In this document: in pieces, positions 61,206-64,000 of the stretch | Layout of the letters: each line of letters opens with the position of its first letter | Numbering within the stretch: the stretch's first letter is position 1 | Assembly (NCBI GenBank): GCA_016618085.1 | Contig: JABLTG010000015.1 | Coordinates: 124,001-188,000, forward strand | Origin: Neovahlkampfia damariscottae | Lineage: Eukaryota | Length of the DNA stretch: 64,000 bases | Reading direction: 5' to 3' | The notes under the pieces: model-generated | What the model was told of the DNA's origin: nothing | The model's database searches: none | The model's input: only the letters and a program-made list of their open reading frames with translations | Translations under genes and position numbers: made by a program

Positions 61206-64000
61206 TTTTTTATTTTTTTGAGTGATTGTGCATTCTGTTCCATCAACCCATTTTACATCTATATCAACATAATAAAGATAAGCACGGGATGCAGATGATT
61301 TAAATTTTCCAGGAATTCTTGCTACAACATCAAATTTAAATTTCAATTCTTGATTTTCTTTCATACCACGAAGATAAATGACAACATCTCTTCCTTTAAT
61401 TTCATAAAATGCAATTTTATCACTTTTAATTAATTCCTTTAAATTTTCATGTCTTGGTTCTAAACCAGCTGGAATTGAAATGATAGCCATTGTCATTGCT
61501 TGTTTTTCATTTGATAAATTTTTAATTTCAACATTCATTTCACCAACAGATCCTTCTTCAAATATTTCACTTGATAGATAAGTTTTCAAATCAATTTCAC
61601 ATTTATCTGAACTATCAGGTTTGTTTGAAAAATAACGAACGGAAATTAAAAATGGTAATTTTCCCTTTCCTTTGATTTTAAATGATAAAGTGTGATCTCC
61701 AGTGGTTAATAGATTTGAATCAAGATCAATTTCAACAAGTCCATCTTCCTTTTTTTTTCCTAAATCTACTGGAAATTCATTTTCATCCAATGAATATGAA
61801 ACAGAAATATCATCAGTTGGTCCACTTCTGTTAGAATCATATTTAACAATTGCTTTCAATGCTAAAATAGTGGATTGAATGTTTCCAAATCTACCATTGG
61901 TGCATTGTTTCAATAACCAATTCAATATTTTCACTGTATTTTTCATCATTCATCCATGTTAAAATAGCAATAGCAGTAGTCTTAATATTTAAAGATTTTC
62001 CCCTTGAACATGTGATTGTTGTTTTTGCTTGTGAAACTTCACCAGTTTTTTCTTGATTTTCAACAATTTTCTTTGCAAGTTCATTGGCTTCTTTCACCTT
62101 TTTTGTGCTAAAAAGAGTGGATGCTGAAAGACCCCATAAATATGCATCTTTCTTTGTTAATGCATCTTTATATGTATAGTCAATTTCTAAATCTAATCCT
62201 GTTTCACCAGCCTCAATTAAAGACCAAATAATATATGTATTTGTTATATCTTTAGGAGCTGATCCAAAATCATCTAATGCTTTTGAATCTAATGTAAATA
62301 TTCCTTTTCCATCTCTTCTTGAGTATAACCATTTTTTAGTTGGGAGAGCATTGATTGATCAACAGGGAATACTTTTGACATATCCATGAATTTCAAGGTT
62401 CCATAAGCTGTCAAAGCTTCATTTTCAGGTTCTCTTCCAAACCATTCATAGCCACCATTTTTACATTCATAAGAAATCAATCTTTTGTATCCCTTTTCTA
62501 ATAAATCATATGACTTCTTGATAACTTCTGGATCAATACCTTCATGAGATGTGAAATATTGATGAGCAATGATGGTTGGATAAGTAGTCTTTGAAAAATT
62601 AAAAATCTAAAAAATTACCGAACTAGTTTGTTCAAAACAACCTGATGGGTTTCTCAACAAGGAAGTAAGTGCTGATTGTAATTGTCCAACAGTTTTAGAT
62701 AAAATTTGATGTTTGATTCAATAGAAGACATATCAGCATCTTTTGGAACTGTAAAAACGAAATCTTCATCTTTTTCTAGTTTACTACTCAATGAGATGTC
62801 AAATGGAAATCCAACTGGAACAAAATCAACTTTTCTTGTAATTTGATCTGAAAATACGCCTGCTGATGCATTAATAGTGAATTCAAATGCAAATTCAGAG
62901 TGATCAACTGTTAAATCTAAATATTTTTTTGTTCTTTTTTTGGAAGCAACTCTAAATGAATCTTTGAATGTGGAGTTCTTTGATTCAATTACTGTATTGG
63001 AAAGTTTATGTTTGAGTGATACTTTCAAATCTTCTGGTGATTCATTGACAATTGAAATTGTAATTGAGATGAAATCACCAACTGTTGCTTCTATTGGAAG
63101 TTTAGCTTCAACATAAAAAGGTTCTTTGCTTTCGATAGCTTTATCACTTGATGCTAAAACTCCTTTTTTTGTGAATGCATCTAATTCAAGTTAATAAAGA
63201 ATGTATTTTACCAATCATGATTCTATAGCTCGTAACTGAATCACTTAAATCAAATTCAAATGAAGATTCACCAACTTTTGTTAGTGTTGAAGCTGACCAA
63301 TAAAGTGTTTCGACAAAATGTGACCTTTCTCCTTGTTGACGAGTTGGATTTTTCTTAAATGAATAAATTCTTGTCATTACATTATCTTGGAGAGGTTTCT
63401 CAGTAATATCAAATTCTTCATCGAAATCAAATAATCTCTTTTTCTTCTTTTTCATTTTTTTATCACCCACATCTTTTTTATCTTTCTTTGCAGGTTTTGG
63501 TTTATTGAGTTTTGCCGGTTTAATATTTGGTTTTGCTTTGACAACTTTTTTCATTTTCATTTTCATTTCCATTTTTTTTTCCCAACTCCATTTGTTCTCT
63601 TTTTTCCGTGAACATTCTTTTTTTCATTCCTCCTTTTCTTCTACGAACAAATTTTTCTTCATCATCACTGCTGTCATCATTTTCATTATAGAGCTCTTGT
63701 GATGGTTTTCCTTCATGAAAAGCAACAACTCTTTCACCAATTTCACCTTTTAATTCTATGAATTTTTTAATATCCATAAATGAAAATCTTCTCCATCCTT
63801 GTGTTCCAAGTAATAAATCAACTGCAATTTCAGCATTTTCATGATCACTTAAATAAATATGTGCATCTTCAAAATGTTCAACTTCATTTTCTAAAAATAC
63901 CATTTGTTGGAGTCTTGGTGCTCTTTTTCTTTTTTCAACTGATGTTAAAACTGATTCATCCGTAACAGTAATTCCAACAACAGCATCAACAGGTTTTCCA
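61206..64000 (-). pseudogene. Alpha-2-macroglobulin/thioester-family gene, frameshifted; 5' part outside the window
   Basis: ETLYW, PFYVEAKLP, PSGCFEQTS (GCFEQ at 62628-62642), GGYEWFG, SRAYLYY; frame breaks near 63570, 62697, 62343 and 61922. Confidence 0.8.

Noticed and set aside
456..63965. Many 60-100 aa ORFs antisense or out of frame to real genes
   Set aside because: Shadow ORFs with F/L/I/S-rich composition expected from AT-rich coding strands; no motifs.
1..64000. Alternative genetic code or stop read-through to explain fragmented ORFs
   Set aside because: Short introns resolve the breaks in all genes except the A2M pseudogene, and TAA, TGA and TAG all end conserved genes.
1..64000. 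U12-type (AT-AC) introns, rRNA genes, CRISPR arrays or intact transposons
   Set aside because: None seen by eye; no intron showed the U12 donor consensus.

Overview
Very AT-rich, gene-dense eukaryotic nuclear DNA from a protist. The 7TM/CHASE-RGS proteins, compact layout and tiny introns fit a heterolobosean-like amoeba, but the taxon cannot be fixed from this window. About 40 protein genes are separated by spacers of mostly 5-300 nt and interrupted by short (mostly 26-45 nt) GT-AG introns, so many ORF-track fragments splice into single genes. Recognisable genes: SDR, Hsp104/ClpB, DHHC palmitoyltransferase, XPG, RAD5/RAD16-like SNF2-RING, Kazal inhibitor, CBS protein, ABHD17-like hydrolase, XPB, PPR-TrmB fusion, EI24, cytochrome-b5 front-end desaturase, EVE protein, SPATA20, RPSA, SLC5 symporter, MECR, and a frameshifted alpha-2-macroglobulin. 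RNA genes: an intron-containing tRNA-Asp(GUC) and a box C/D snoRNA inside the only long intron (RPSA). Highlights: (1) a splicing system with predicted 2-nt, 3-nt, 10-nt and 11-nt micro-exons and near-pure poly(A) introns; (2) a secreted polycationic protein built from two mirror-symmetric 17-cysteine ladders; (3) a snoRNA with a compensatory non-canonical C/D pair inside a long stem; (4) CCAAT boxes just upstream of most start codons and stop codons embedded in AATAAA; (5) unusual fusions (CHASE4-HAMP-PAS-RGS, C2-kinase-Kelch-Rho-like, F-box-chromo, jacalin-BTB-BACK-SPRY). All splice models were derived by hand and need RNA confirmation.
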